From a virus (lineage: Duplodnaviria > Heunggongvirae > Uroviricota > Caudoviricetes), in IMG/VR virus record IMGVR_UViG_3300033074_000580, positions 159,270-223,269 of that record: a DNA stretch of 64,000 bases. One strand, given 5' to 3'. The notes beneath the pieces are model-generated. The model had not been told where the DNA came from. It worked only from the letters and a program-made list of their open reading frames with translations, and did not search any database. This document shows positions 26,276-35,356 of this stretch, piece by piece; position 1 is the first letter of the stretch, and each line of letters starts with the position of its first letter. A program made the translations under genes and the position numbers.

Positions 26276-26461
26276 TTATGACATCAGATAAGTTATTTTT
26301 ATAGACTTACCATGAAACTCTGTTCTATACAAATAACATTCAGCTTCAGATACTCTAAGACTTTTTAACTTTCTTTCTGCCTGTTCTAACGATTCACATT
26401 GAATAGTTTCCTGACCGACTTCAATGTGGTATTTAATTGTTACTTTTACTTCCATCACCAA
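26276..26461 (-). CDS. hypothetical protein (61 aa)
   Basis: ORF track; terminator just upstream. Confidence 0.35.
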   Translation of the reverse strand: MVMEVKVTIKYHIEVGQETIQCESLEQAERKLKSLRVSEAECYLYRTEFHGKSIKITYLMS

Positions 26462-26491
26462 AAATACAAAAATATATCGACAATACCAAAT

Positions 26492-26518
26492 AAAAAACCC
26501 CCTAATCGGGGGTTTTAT
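26492..26518. terminator. bidirectional terminator hairpin
   Basis: A-run, CCCCCtaatCGGGGG, T-run. Confidence 0.7.
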
Positions 26519-26754
26519 TAAAAATATTTTAAATTACCTTTCAACTCGTCGAAGGTATTGAAACCGTCTTGTTTTGGTTTTTTTACTTCCTTTTTACTAT
26601 TCCTTAGTTTGGTAGTCACATTATCGAAAAACTCGTCATATTCCAATAATTGATGATTCTCGTTTACTTGTACCTTTTCAGTTACAATACCATCTTCTTT
26701 TAATAGATGTCCTTGTAATCTTTTATATGTTTCTTCTGTTATTTTAATTTTCAT
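26518..26754 (-). CDS. hypothetical protein (78 aa)
   Basis: ORF track. Confidence 0.4.
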   Translation of the reverse strand: MKIKITEETYKRLQGHLLKEDGIVTEKVQVNENHQLLEYDEFFDNVTTKLRNSKKEVKKPKQDGFNTFDELKGNLKYF

Positions 26755-27274
26755 CGGTATTGTTGTTTAAAGCTGTGCCAATGTTTATCGTTTGGTTTGG
26801 ATATGTGTCCGTAAAATCTTTTAATAGACTTGTACGATTCACGGTAAAATGCATCTCTTCAAATATCCTATATAAAGTATTCATACCATCACTTACATTG
26901 TAAAGTTCATTAAGGACATGATTGTACTTGTTATAGGTGTCTCTAGTTTCATCGTCCATCTCATCATTGATATAAGCATCCCAATGAGATTCGATAATAT
27001 CATAGAATTGGTCATGTTTTTTAGAATAAACGTCTTGAGTGTTTTCAATATCTTGAAGTAACTTATCGTATTTACTGGGGTCTTCTAATATCTCTCTAAG
27101 ACTTAGGTCCATAACAAAATTATATATTCTGTTTATTGTTTTTTTACCCTCATTTGTGATTTTTTCCATCTCACTTAATTGTTTGGGTAAATCATTTTGA
27201 TTAGGTAGAATGTTCAAAGTCTCTTCTACTATTCGAATCAAATCATTTTTCGTAAGTTTAACTATTTTAGCCAT
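26744..27274 (-). CDS. hypothetical protein (176 aa)
   Basis: ORF track. Confidence 0.5.
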   Translation of the reverse strand: MAKIVKLTKNDLIRIVEETLNILPNQNDLPKQLSEMEKITNEGKKTINRIYNFVMDLSLREILEDPSKYDKLLQDIENTQDVYSKKHDQFYDIIESHWDAYINDEMDDETRDTYNKYNHVLNELYNVSDGMNTLYRIFEEMHFTVNRTSLLKDFTDTYPNQTINIGTALNNNTDEN

Positions 27275-27293
27275 ATAGATAAATATATAAAAC

Positions 27294-27839
27294 CTACGAT
27301 TTGTACAATCTCATATGATTATATAATGCCACGGGATTCTCTTCTGCAATAACCCCATATTCCTTCATTACGTTCTCATGAATGACCTCAGTATTCTCAG
27401 TAATGTATTTGGATATGATGTTAACAAACCCGTAATTTGACTCGTCTATGAGTTCCTGGTCGGTACCTGGAATCCCACAATAGTCCGCCTCCTCAATCTC
27501 ACTAATGAACATCCCACTATAAAACCCTTTTAACCCAAAAGTTCTAACAAACCCATCGGCATTGCACCAAATGTAGACATTATCCTTTTTCTCCATTAAA
27601 CAAGAAACCATTAAATGGTCAATGATATAACCATTAGAGGAATCGAACATTCCCACACTAAAAAGACCCTTAGGACTTCCGTGACCCATCATCATGACTC
27701 TATCATGTTCCCTGATGAGTTGTTGAATTTCTCCTTTTGTGTATCCACCGGTAACCAATGTTTGGTTTGGGATATCCTTGTAAACGATATCAAGAAACGT
27801 TGTAGTTTCGTCTTTTGGATGTATAATAAGTGTTTTCAT
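27294..27839 (-). CDS. hypothetical protein with conserved His/Cys pair (181 aa)
   Basis: 'VMMMGHG' and 'VYIWCNADG' each follow a hydrophobic strand; a thiol-hydrolase fold is only speculative. Confidence 0.5.
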   Translation of the reverse strand: MKTLIIHPKDETTTFLDIVYKDIPNQTLVTGGYTKGEIQQLIREHDRVMMMGHGSPKGLFSVGMFDSSNGYIIDHLMVSCLMEKKDNVYIWCNADGFVRTFGLKGFYSGMFISEIEEADYCGIPGTDQELIDESNYGFVNIISKYITENTEVIHENVMKEYGVIAEENPVALYNHMRLYKS

Positions 27840-28222
27840 TATTCTATAATGTTTTTAATGTCTTCATAGACACCGTCACTAACTTGTTTATAGTCACTAT
27901 ATTGGTGGTACCTTTCTCTGTGTGTGTTAACCGCGTGGATGATAGTTGTGTGGTCTCTTTCTAACATTTCACCTATTGCCTCATAGGTATAATTAAATTG
28001 TTCTCTTAACGTATTGATAAAGATGAATCTAGCATCAATCACCTCTCTTTTTCTAATTCTGGATGTGATATCTTTTAAGTTGACGTTACAGTTTCTGGCA
28101 ATGATTAAAAGGATGTCATCCAGACTAATTCTATCTCTCTTGAACTTCTTAATTTTCTTTATTTCATCCTTATTTTTAATACCGGGGAAAACGTAAGGAC
28201 TAATCTTAACCAATGTACTCAT
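27839..28222 (-). CDS. DnaA C-terminal (DNA-binding) domain protein
   Basis: 'REVIDARFIFINTLREQFNYTYEAIGEMLERDHTTIIHA' matches the Bac_DnaA_C consensus. Confidence 0.7.
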   Translation of the reverse strand: MSTLVKISPYVFPGIKNKDEIKKIKKFKRDRISLDDILLIIARNCNVNLKDITSRIRKREVIDARFIFINTLREQFNYTYEAIGEMLERDHTTIIHAVNTHRERYHQYSDYKQVSDGVYEDIKNIIE

Positions 28223-28237
28223 ATGTTATATTTTGTA

Positions 28238-28270
28238 CAAAAATAGGGGATTAGTTAGAATATTCCAAAT
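28238..28270 (-). promoter_or_regulatory. minus-strand promoter, TTTGGAATATTC class
   Basis: minus strand reads TTTGgaatattctaactaatccccTATTTTTG. Confidence 0.6.
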
Positions 28271-28275
28271 ATTTT

Positions 28276-28509
28276 TTAGAAATTTCCAAAAAGGTACTGA
28301 TATATTACTTCAGGTATTTTAGTACAAATTACCTCATTACCGTTAGAATCGGTACATAAGATGCTCGGTAATCCTTTAATGTATTCACGAATATACTTTG
28401 GACCTTGTTTTAATTTGGCCACAACCAAGTCCTTTCTGTATAGTTTTTCACTATCATAGTATTCTAAAAGAACTTTATTGTATTGAGATTCTGTTAGTTT
28501 TATTTTCAT
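28276..28509 (-). CDS. hypothetical protein (77 aa)
   Basis: ORF track. Confidence 0.4.
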   Translation of the reverse strand: MKIKLTESQYNKVLLEYYDSEKLYRKDLVVAKLKQGPKYIREYIKGLPSILCTDSNGNEVICTKIPEVIYQYLFGNF

Positions 28510-28688
28510 TTTAATTCGTCGAATAGTTTCTTTAATTGGGAACCTCCCTTAAACAATAAATATCCTCCTCCAATGATTAAAAACAAGAAAAACAGAATTA
28601 CATAGGTGTGGTAAATCAAACCATATAACAGGAATAAGATAATAAAAGTCCAAATTAACCATCTTTTAATTTTAGTTTTCATTATCAT
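28506..28688 (-). CDS. small two-TM membrane protein (60 aa)
   Basis: two hydrophobic helices; a holin-like role is only speculative. Confidence 0.4.
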   Translation of the reverse strand: MIMKTKIKRWLIWTFIILFLLYGLIYHTYVILFFLFLIIGGGYLLFKGGSQLKKLFDELK

Positions 28689-28696
28689 AAATATCC

Positions 28697-29701
28697 CTAC
28701 CCATTAAAAGACGCACTTCTTGGGAGTTCCATTACTGGTGCCTGTTCGGTCATATCCATCTCAGGTTCAGGTTCTTCTAATCCAACCTCATCCTCTATAT
28801 TATTTGTTAAGGCTCTACGAACACGACCTCTTCTGTTATTTTCAATTGGAACTGGTTCTGATGGTATATTTTGTTCACCTATAAAGTGTCCTTTACTTCT
28901 TAACAATCTTTCTTCTTTAGTTCTTTCTTCATCCGATAACAAGAAACGATTTGTTTTAGCATCAATTGTTGATTCTCTCTTAATCATACCCAAAAGGTTG
29001 TCAGGTAATTCTGTTTGCATAGAATCAATCCTCACATCCTTTTGGTTCCAAAATGAAAATTCGGGTTCGTTTTTATCTAAAGAATTAAAGCTCGCAACTT
29101 TATAACCGTTCTTTTTGTTAATGGCATATATTAAAACACCTCTACTGGCATACTTCATAAAGTAATCAGGATTGTTTTCTTGTGTTGTGCACCATTTAGT
29201 GTTTGAACCATATTTTCTTGATGCAGTATATGTTAAAGGTCTAACCATTAACCATTCGTCACTTTCAAATACGATACGAATTTGTTTCTCCATATCTTTC
29301 ATATCGGCAACCATTTCAGCAAGACTTAATTCTGATAACACTTCATCGAATGAATTATATCTACTCAAATCATTTTGTTTAATTAAACCTCTTTCATTTA
29401 ATTCACAAAACTTTTGGAATGCTTTCAAATCTGAAAAATTAAACATTGAATCAATCATTCGGTAAAAGAAAACAATCTCTAATGTTGTGAATTTTTTTAA
29501 TGTTTCTTTAGGTATCTTAAACTCATCACTAAGTCTTTCGATAATTTCTTTTTTATGCTCATCAATGTTCGGTGTTTTTTTCATTATACGAATCAAAGTT
29601 TCGGTGTATTTTGATTTACCTTCAGGTGATAATAATGAAAACAATTCAAACATGTTGATGTTATTCTCGGGCTTTTCTTTTAATTCTTTAGCTCTTGACA
29701 T
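28697..29701 (-). CDS. hypothetical protein (334 aa)
   Basis: ORF track. Confidence 0.55.
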   Translation of the reverse strand: MSRAKELKEKPENNINMFELFSLLSPEGKSKYTETLIRIMKKTPNIDEHKKEIIERLSDEFKIPKETLKKFTTLEIVFFYRMIDSMFNFSDLKAFQKFCELNERGLIKQNDLSRYNSFDEVLSELSLAEMVADMKDMEKQIRIVFESDEWLMVRPLTYTASRKYGSNTKWCTTQENNPDYFMKYASRGVLIYAINKKNGYKVASFNSLDKNEPEFSFWNQKDVRIDSMQTELPDNLLGMIKRESTIDAKTNRFLLSDEERTKEERLLRSKGHFIGEQNIPSEPVPIENNRRGRVRRALTNNIEDEVGLEEPEPEMDMTEQAPVMELPRSASFNG

Positions 29702-29752
29702 TTTAACTATATTTTATCTAATAATAATATTTTATTTTTATAATACCAAATT

Positions 29753-29947
29753 TTATAATTCTTTTTCTATTGAATTCATAATCCCCGTTGTCGATGAAAA
29801 TGAAAACATAAGGAAGAGTGTTTTGGTTACCCAATGCCAAACAAATAAATTTGGTTCATTGGTGAAAAACCAAAAAATTAAATACCATATTCCAAATCCA
29901 AAAATAAAGGATAGACAAACGAATAATAACAATTTAAACATATTCAT
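29753..29947 (-). CDS. small membrane protein (64 aa)
   Basis: two hydrophobic segments in an otherwise empty 250-nt gap. Confidence 0.35.
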   Translation of the reverse strand: MNMFKLLLFVCLSFIFGFGIWYLIFWFFTNEPNLFVWHWVTKTLFLMFSFSSTTGIMNSIEKEL

Positions 29948-29950
29948 AAT

Positions 29951-30235
29951 TTATTTTATTTCAATGTAATTTGATTTACGATACATTTTACTTTCCTCAT
30001 ATTCCCTTTTCCAATTGTTAATTATCTCTTCAGCTTGCCATTTATTTTGAAATGGATAATCGGAGGAAACCCACACTTTAAACGGTAGGTAGAAATAATT
30101 TGTTTTAAACCAAACTTTTTTTTGTGGTTTATAAAAATTTACACCATCACTTACCCAAGTTTCAATTCTATATTTAGGACTCGCCTCTAATGTCATCACT
30201 CCCAATAACATTAGCACTAATAATATTTTTTTCAT
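29951..30235 (-). CDS. secreted protein (94 aa)
   Basis: N-terminal signal peptide 'MKKILLVLMLLGVMTLEA'. Confidence 0.45.
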   Translation of the reverse strand: MKKILLVLMLLGVMTLEASPKYRIETWVSDGVNFYKPQKKVWFKTNYFYLPFKVWVSSDYPFQNKWQAEEIINNWKREYEESKMYRKSNYIEIK

Positions 30236-30477
30236 TAGTATTTGTTTTTTTCTGATTTACCTAAATGAATGTGACCCTTAACTCTTCCATTAAAATTATC
30301 TTCTTCGATATTTCTGTCCACAATTTTTGACGTATCATTAAGTCTCGTCATTTCTTGAAGTATTTTCTTGGCAATTGAGTTTGCATATTTTCTCTTATGT
30401 TTGGTATTGTCGGCACCTAACAATGGCGCTTCAAATTCAACATCCAAGTCCAATGTGATTTGATATCTGAATAACAT
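30235..30477 (-). CDS. hypothetical protein (80 aa)
   Basis: ORF track. Confidence 0.4.
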   Translation of the reverse strand: MLFRYQITLDLDVEFEAPLLGADNTKHKRKYANSIAKKILQEMTRLNDTSKIVDRNIEEDNFNGRVKGHIHLGKSEKNKY

Positions 30478-30487
30478 AATATATGAT

Positions 30488-30958
30488 TTATAAGTCTAAA
30501 ACTTTTAGTTGGTCAATTGTGTGTTTTGCACTAACATGATGAATACCGATTCCACCCGCATCTCTCCATCCTTGAATGTTGTCAATTCTATCGTCAATCA
30601 AAATTGATGTGGGGGTTGCAAAATCTTTCTTATGTTTAGCACTACGAAGTATTAAATGAACACCTGGTAATTCTTTGTTAATCCAGTCGTGTTTAGCCAC
30701 TCTCGATTCTGGTTGTCTTGATGGTGCGGATAATATTTCAGGATTATATTTTTTTATATAATTCCACAATCTTTTACCATCTGACATCCATTTTAAGTTT
30801 GCCCAAAAGTCATAACCCGCTTTGTTTATCGGGTCCCAAAAATTTTCGTCATTACGATGTGTACCATCAAGTTGGTGACCTGTTAATTCAAAGTAACCTT
30901 TATCAAAGTCGACAAGAACTCCGTCCATGTCACAATAGATTTTGTATTTTGTGTTCAT
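30488..30958 (-). CDS. 5'(3')-deoxyribonucleotidase (HAD, NT5C family)
   Basis: 'KIYCDMDGVLVDF' motif I. Confidence 0.75.
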   Translation of the reverse strand: MNTKYKIYCDMDGVLVDFDKGYFELTGHQLDGTHRNDENFWDPINKAGYDFWANLKWMSDGKRLWNYIKKYNPEILSAPSRQPESRVAKHDWINKELPGVHLILRSAKHKKDFATPTSILIDDRIDNIQGWRDAGGIGIHHVSAKHTIDQLKVLDL

Positions 30959-31003
30959 ATTTTAAATATAAGTAATTTTTTTCGTTTTAACAAAAAATGG
31001 GCA

Positions 31004-31033
31004 TAAAAAAACCCTCAAAATTGAGGGTTTTTG
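31004..31033. terminator. bidirectional terminator hairpin
   Basis: aaaaaaACCCTCAAaattTTGAGGGTttttt. Confidence 0.75.
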
Positions 31034-31050
31034 TTTATAATATATTGGTG

Positions 31051-31314
31051 TTACTCAGCTGCCATTCCTAATTCTTCGGAACCACTTTCCAAACCGGAAA
31101 TCTTACCACTCATATCCTTTCTTCCAAGGATATCTCCAGTTTTAGAGTTGATAACATAGATTACTCCATTCTCATCTTTCCCTAAAAAAATCTGTATTTT
31201 ATCGTCCTGAGGTTGTTCATCAAGTTCGTGTGTTTCCTCATCAACTTGTTCGTTAACGATATTGTTAACTATCTTTTCAATATCTTCTTGTTTTAATTTT
31301 ACTATTTTTGACAT
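31051..31314 (-). CDS. hypothetical acidic protein (87 aa)
   Basis: ORF track. Confidence 0.4.
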   Translation of the reverse strand: MSKIVKLKQEDIEKIVNNIVNEQVDEETHELDEQPQDDKIQIFLGKDENGVIYVINSKTGDILGRKDMSGKISGLESGSEELGMAAE

Positions 31315-31341
31315 GTCTTTTTTATATATAAATACTGATTA

Positions 31342-31440
31342 TTAGGTTTTTTTCTTATGAAGTCCCTTCTTTTGATTCATCTTACGGGTTTCTTTACCCA
31401 TTTTGATTCTATTCTTCTTCTTTTTTTCTGCTTTTGTCAT
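31342..31440 (-). CDS. Lys-rich micro-protein (32 aa)
   Basis: manually read: MTKAEKKKKNRIKMGKETRKMNQKKGLHKKKT. Confidence 0.25.
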   Translation of the reverse strand: MTKAEKKKKNRIKMGKETRKMNQKKGLHKKKT

Positions 31441-31464
31441 GTAAATAAATATAACAAAAGAATA

Positions 31465-31500
31465 GAAAAAACCCCGATGGGAATGTCCTAATCGGGGTTT
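31465..31500 (-). terminator. minus-strand terminator
   Basis: A-run on the plus strand, then CCCCGAT...ATCGGGG. Confidence 0.6.
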
Positions 31501-31508
31501 ATGAACTA

Positions 31509-32453
31509 CTAGTTAACTCCTTTAAATAATTGTGGGGTTTGACCGTAAACCGGTAACTTTCCGTCCCATTTTTCAATCCACAATTGTTGTAACAATAATG
31601 AATTCAAAGTAGATTGTTTCATTCTGTTTGCTTCAGACTCAGCCTTAGCGGTTGTTAACATCGCCTGAGCGTTACCTTCAGCGGTTGCCACTTTAATCTT
31701 AGCTTCAGCTTCAGCTTGTTTAACTTTATTCTCTGCCATCAAAGCAGCTTGAACCGCATTGTTCTTGGCGTTTATTGCGTTCTTAAATGATTCAGGATAT
31801 AATAGATTAGATGTAAATTGATTTACAACAAACCCTTCATGTAACAATTGACCTTCCAATAACTTACGAACTTCAATCTCAAATTGAGCTCGATTACTAA
31901 TCAATTCATCTGCGGTATATTTGTTTGTTGCTAATCTAAACGCGTCGAATACTGCGGTCTTTAAGAACCCTTCTTCAATCTGTTCTAAACTTCTACGATA
32001 CTTAGCAAAGATTTGTGGTACCTTTTCTCTTTGTACTGAGTAGTTGATGATTGGAGATACGTGGAACTCACTACCGTCTCTACTGTTTACGATGAATGAA
32101 TTGTCGCCAGTATATTCTTTGTGTTGAATAAATGTTGGGAATTCATAAATGTTGTGAGTGATTGGATTAAAGAATACCATACCAGTAACTTCAGTTACAT
32201 CACTTACACCTTTATTATCACCATATAAGTTTACCTTTACACCAACGTGTCCAGCATCAATTCTTTCACATGAAAAGAAAAGAAAAATAATTAGGAAAAA
32301 TCCCACCACACCTGTTACAATTGTTTTCATTGTTTTTTTAATTTTAATTGTTTGTTCGTTATTAAATTCTTCTTCCATTAGGTCCAATTCTTCCTCGGAC
32401 CTACGATTACCTCGATTATCCCATCGGTTATTGTATCTATCAAATTTCGCCAT
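31509..32453 (-). CDS. SPFH/band-7 (prohibitin-like) membrane protein
   Basis: N-terminal TM segment; prohibitin-like core and Ala/Glu-rich coiled-coil tail. Confidence 0.8.
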   Translation of the reverse strand: MAKFDRYNNRWDNRGNRRSEEELDLMEEEFNNEQTIKIKKTMKTIVTGVVGFFLIIFLFFSCERIDAGHVGVKVNLYGDNKGVSDVTEVTGMVFFNPITHNIYEFPTFIQHKEYTGDNSFIVNSRDGSEFHVSPIINYSVQREKVPQIFAKYRRSLEQIEEGFLKTAVFDAFRLATNKYTADELISNRAQFEIEVRKLLEGQLLHEGFVVNQFTSNLLYPESFKNAINAKNNAVQAALMAENKVKQAEAEAKIKVATAEGNAQAMLTTAKAESEANRMKQSTLNSLLLQQLWIEKWDGKLPVYGQTPQLFKGVN

Positions 32454-32796
32454 ATTGTTTTGTTTTAGTTGTTTTATACAAATTGTTAATTACTTTATGT
32501 GCCTCTGTCCATCTTAAAATTGGTCCCTTACCTGAAATATGGTACTTACTTAAAGGTGAAAACGGTGTGTGTGAAATATATTTACCATTTTTTGCTCTAT
32601 GAATCATTTTTTTTATATCCCCATCAACATTAAGAACCGGTCCCAGTATTTTATTATCAAATGGATTTTTTTCAAACGGTTCAAATTCATATAGATAATC
32701 AAACACAACATCATCTTTAATGTACCAACCATATGTTGCAATGGTAGAAACTTCTAAAATCAATAATAGAATTGTTAATACTAATAAAATTTCCAT
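32440..32796 (-). CDS. membrane-anchored hypothetical protein (118 aa)
   Basis: N-terminal hydrophobic segment. Confidence 0.45.
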   Translation of the reverse strand: MEILLVLTILLLILEVSTIATYGWYIKDDVVFDYLYEFEPFEKNPFDNKILGPVLNVDGDIKKMIHRAKNGKYISHTPFSPLSKYHISGKGPILRWTEAHKVINNLYKTTKTKQYGEI

Positions 32797-32797
32797 A

Positions 32798-33283
32798 TTA
32801 TTTTGTTAAAATAGGTGATGTGGTTGTTAATGGTGTTGGTGTAAATGTAACAACTGTCACATCACAATTTCTTAAATTACTTTTTATTGCAGATTCAATC
32901 GCACCCCAATCACCACCACCAATACCCGCACCAATCTTTGGTAGTCCAATATGTTTACCCGCAAATATTCTATTCATACTTTTTAAACACGATTTAAGTG
33001 CATTTAGTCTGAAATCCGGTCCTGGTCTATATTGTGTATAGGAATTAACAACAAACAATCTATATTTGGTATTATATTCCCAATCAATTTTACCCAACTT
33101 TTCTTTCATTCCTTCGAACCTTTTACTTTCAAGAAAGAATCTATCACAACCAAACGCTCTAGCCATTTGTGGTGCTAATCCTCCAGCCATTGCATTGAAA
33201 CAATTACAACCGTGTGTTATAACATCGAATTGTTTATTCTTTGCCAATTCAATTAAATCCCCTTCAATTATGTTATATTCCAT
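32798..33283 (-). CDS. macro-domain protein (ADP-ribose binding/processing)
   Basis: 'DVITHGCNCFNAMAGGLAPQMARAFG' and 'LPKIGAGIGGGDW' motifs. Confidence 0.8.
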   Translation of the reverse strand: MEYNIIEGDLIELAKNKQFDVITHGCNCFNAMAGGLAPQMARAFGCDRFFLESKRFEGMKEKLGKIDWEYNTKYRLFVVNSYTQYRPGPDFRLNALKSCLKSMNRIFAGKHIGLPKIGAGIGGGDWGAIESAIKSNLRNCDVTVVTFTPTPLTTTSPILTK

Positions 33284-33284
33284 A

Positions 33285-33665
33285 TTATTTTCTTTTTACT
33301 TTTGGATGAACTACATGTGGTTCTGGTTTCTTTTTAGTCGCTCTTTTCTTTTTAATCACCTCTTCTTTGGGTAGATAATCGAGTTCTGTTTCTCCCGGTG
33401 GAATTGGTTTTTCATCCTCTTCTGATAAAAAATCAAATAGATTTTTCCATTGAATAAAATGGAAAGCGAAAAGAATTGAGAATCCGCCGAGTAATAATGA
33501 AATAATGTTTAATATTGTATCTGAAGCGGTTAATCCTGGAAATACTATGAATTCAAAAATCAAAATAATTCCGAGTACAACCCCAACTACTGACAATATT
33601 TTTGGGTTAAATGTTTTTTTTAATGTTTCTTTCATGGTGTGAGTTTTAAGGATGGTTGGGTTCAA
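33285..33665 (-). CDS. membrane protein (126 aa)
   Basis: three hydrophobic segments; basic C-terminus. Confidence 0.5.
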   Translation of the reverse strand: MNPTILKTHTMKETLKKTFNPKILSVVGVVLGIILIFEFIVFPGLTASDTILNIISLLLGGFSILFAFHFIQWKNLFDFLSEEDEKPIPPGETELDYLPKEEVIKKKRATKKKPEPHVVHPKVKRK

Positions 33666-33852
33666 AGTTCCAATTAAATAAATCTTAAAAGAGTTTTAAA
33701 GTTTGACGGTTAACTGTTGACTTGTTGATTTTTAATTTTTGAGTTCATAAACATCATCAAGTTATCAGACTTTAGCAGATTGAATATGTCAAATGGTTTG
33801 TGACCATTCATATTGATTTAAATAATTTTCCCTCGTCCCCCAACCAATATTT

Positions 33853-34290
33853 TTAATCGATTGTTGTGTTATGATTCCATTGGTCTAATTCATCTTGTAA
33901 GGTTTCGATTCTCGCCTCCAAGTTTTTAACCATACTATCTTTTTCAACAATGTTAATTTCTGCGTGTTTAATTACTGGTTCACCTTCACCCCATCTTCCA
34001 CCATTAACTTTACCGGATGCACAGTTAAGCGTTTTCAAATGTTTCACTTGATTTTTTAATTCTGATAATTCAAAAATCTTATCATAAACCGGTAAGTTAG
34101 CTTTATGAATTTGTGTTTTCAAAACGATTAAATCGTTTGTTAATTGCATCCACTTTCCAATAGATTCTGTCGCCGAATATGGACGTGGATTGCCTTCATC
34201 AACAACATTATAGTGTGATGCTTTATAAAACTCTTCGTTGATTAAACCTACGAGTTTGTTTTTCTTTTTAAGTGCTTGTTTGATATTCAT
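33853..34290 (-). CDS. hypothetical coiled-coil protein (145 aa)
   Basis: ORF track. Confidence 0.5.
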   Translation of the reverse strand: MNIKQALKKKNKLVGLINEEFYKASHYNVVDEGNPRPYSATESIGKWMQLTNDLIVLKTQIHKANLPVYDKIFELSELKNQVKHLKTLNCASGKVNGGRWGEGEPVIKHAEINIVEKDSMVKNLEARIETLQDELDQWNHNTTID

Positions 34291-34300
34291 ATTTTTAAAT

Positions 34301-34651
34301 TTAATCTTCTTCTAAATCTTCTGGTTCCCAATTCTCATTTTTATCTTCAACAAAATCTCTCATCTCTTGCATCCCAAGAATAACTTCTTCAACATTATCG
34401 GTATCATGGAAATTAAAATGAAACTTAAGACCTGTAGTTGTTTCTAACGCTAAACCAACCCATTGTTCGTTTTGTCTTGTAACATCAGGAAAATCATTAT
34501 GTACAAAAACATAATTAACATCAGTAACTAATTCGTCTTTTGTGTCTAACCCAACTTCTTCATCTTCATACAATTCCTTGAATTGTTTTTCTAATGATGA
34601 CAACTTTTTAAAGGTGTCAATAATTTCTTGCTTTAATTGTTCCTTTTCCAT
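34301..34651 (-). CDS. hypothetical acidic protein (116 aa)
   Basis: ORF track. Confidence 0.45.
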   Translation of the reverse strand: MEKEQLKQEIIDTFKKLSSLEKQFKELYEDEEVGLDTKDELVTDVNYVFVHNDFPDVTRQNEQWVGLALETTTGLKFHFNFHDTDNVEEVILGMQEMRDFVEDKNENWEPEDLEED

Positions 34652-34702
34652 AAACTTATGTGTTTATTCAATAATAAGAAATATATTTGATATAAAAAAA
34701 TT

Positions 34703-35356
34703 TTATCCAACAATTCCAACAATATCATCCATATGATGGTCATCAGTACCCAATTCAGAACCTATTTGATGTCTTTTGAGTGCTTTAATTACATCTTTTA
34801 AATCATATGGTGCAAATTCTAAACTACCATCCATACCAACATCCATACGACGACCATTACTAATCTTTTTATCGAAAGGTAAATGGCAATGTCCATGTAA
34901 ATGTATACGTCCTTTACGAAGTCCGTTCCAACTTGATATTGGGTAATGACACATCTCGATTGTTTCTCCTTGATATTCAAATTGGTCAAACCAACTCACA
35001 CTCATAAAAAGTTTTTTAACATCCCCTCTATTTCTATCAATGTGATGGTCATGATTACCCAGAATCAAATGTATGTTCTTACAAATCAATCTGTTATGGA
35101 ATTCTTCAATGTTTTCAAATCCACCAAAACTCCAATCACCTAAGTGAATTAGAATATCATCTTGTCCAACAACTTCGTTAATGTTATTAACAATTGCTGA
35201 ATTCATCTTTTCAATTGTCTCAAAAGGTCGTGTTTGTTTTTCAGGAATATCACCATTAGGTAATCTCCAATTAGTTACACCACGACATATATTTTTGTGG
35301 GCGTAATGAGTGTCAGATGTTATCCACACTCTTATATTATCATCTATCTTTATCAT
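34703..35356 (-). CDS. metallophosphoesterase (calcineurin-like)
   Basis: motifs 'SDTHYAH' (DxH), 'LGDWSFGG' (GD) and 'LGNHDHH' (GNHD). Confidence 0.75.
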   Translation of the reverse strand: MIKIDDNIRVWITSDTHYAHKNICRGVTNWRLPNGDIPEKQTRPFETIEKMNSAIVNNINEVVGQDDILIHLGDWSFGGFENIEEFHNRLICKNIHLILGNHDHHIDRNRGDVKKLFMSVSWFDQFEYQGETIEMCHYPISSWNGLRKGRIHLHGHCHLPFDKKISNGRRMDVGMDGSLEFAPYDLKDVIKALKRHQIGSELGTDDHHMDDIVGIVG

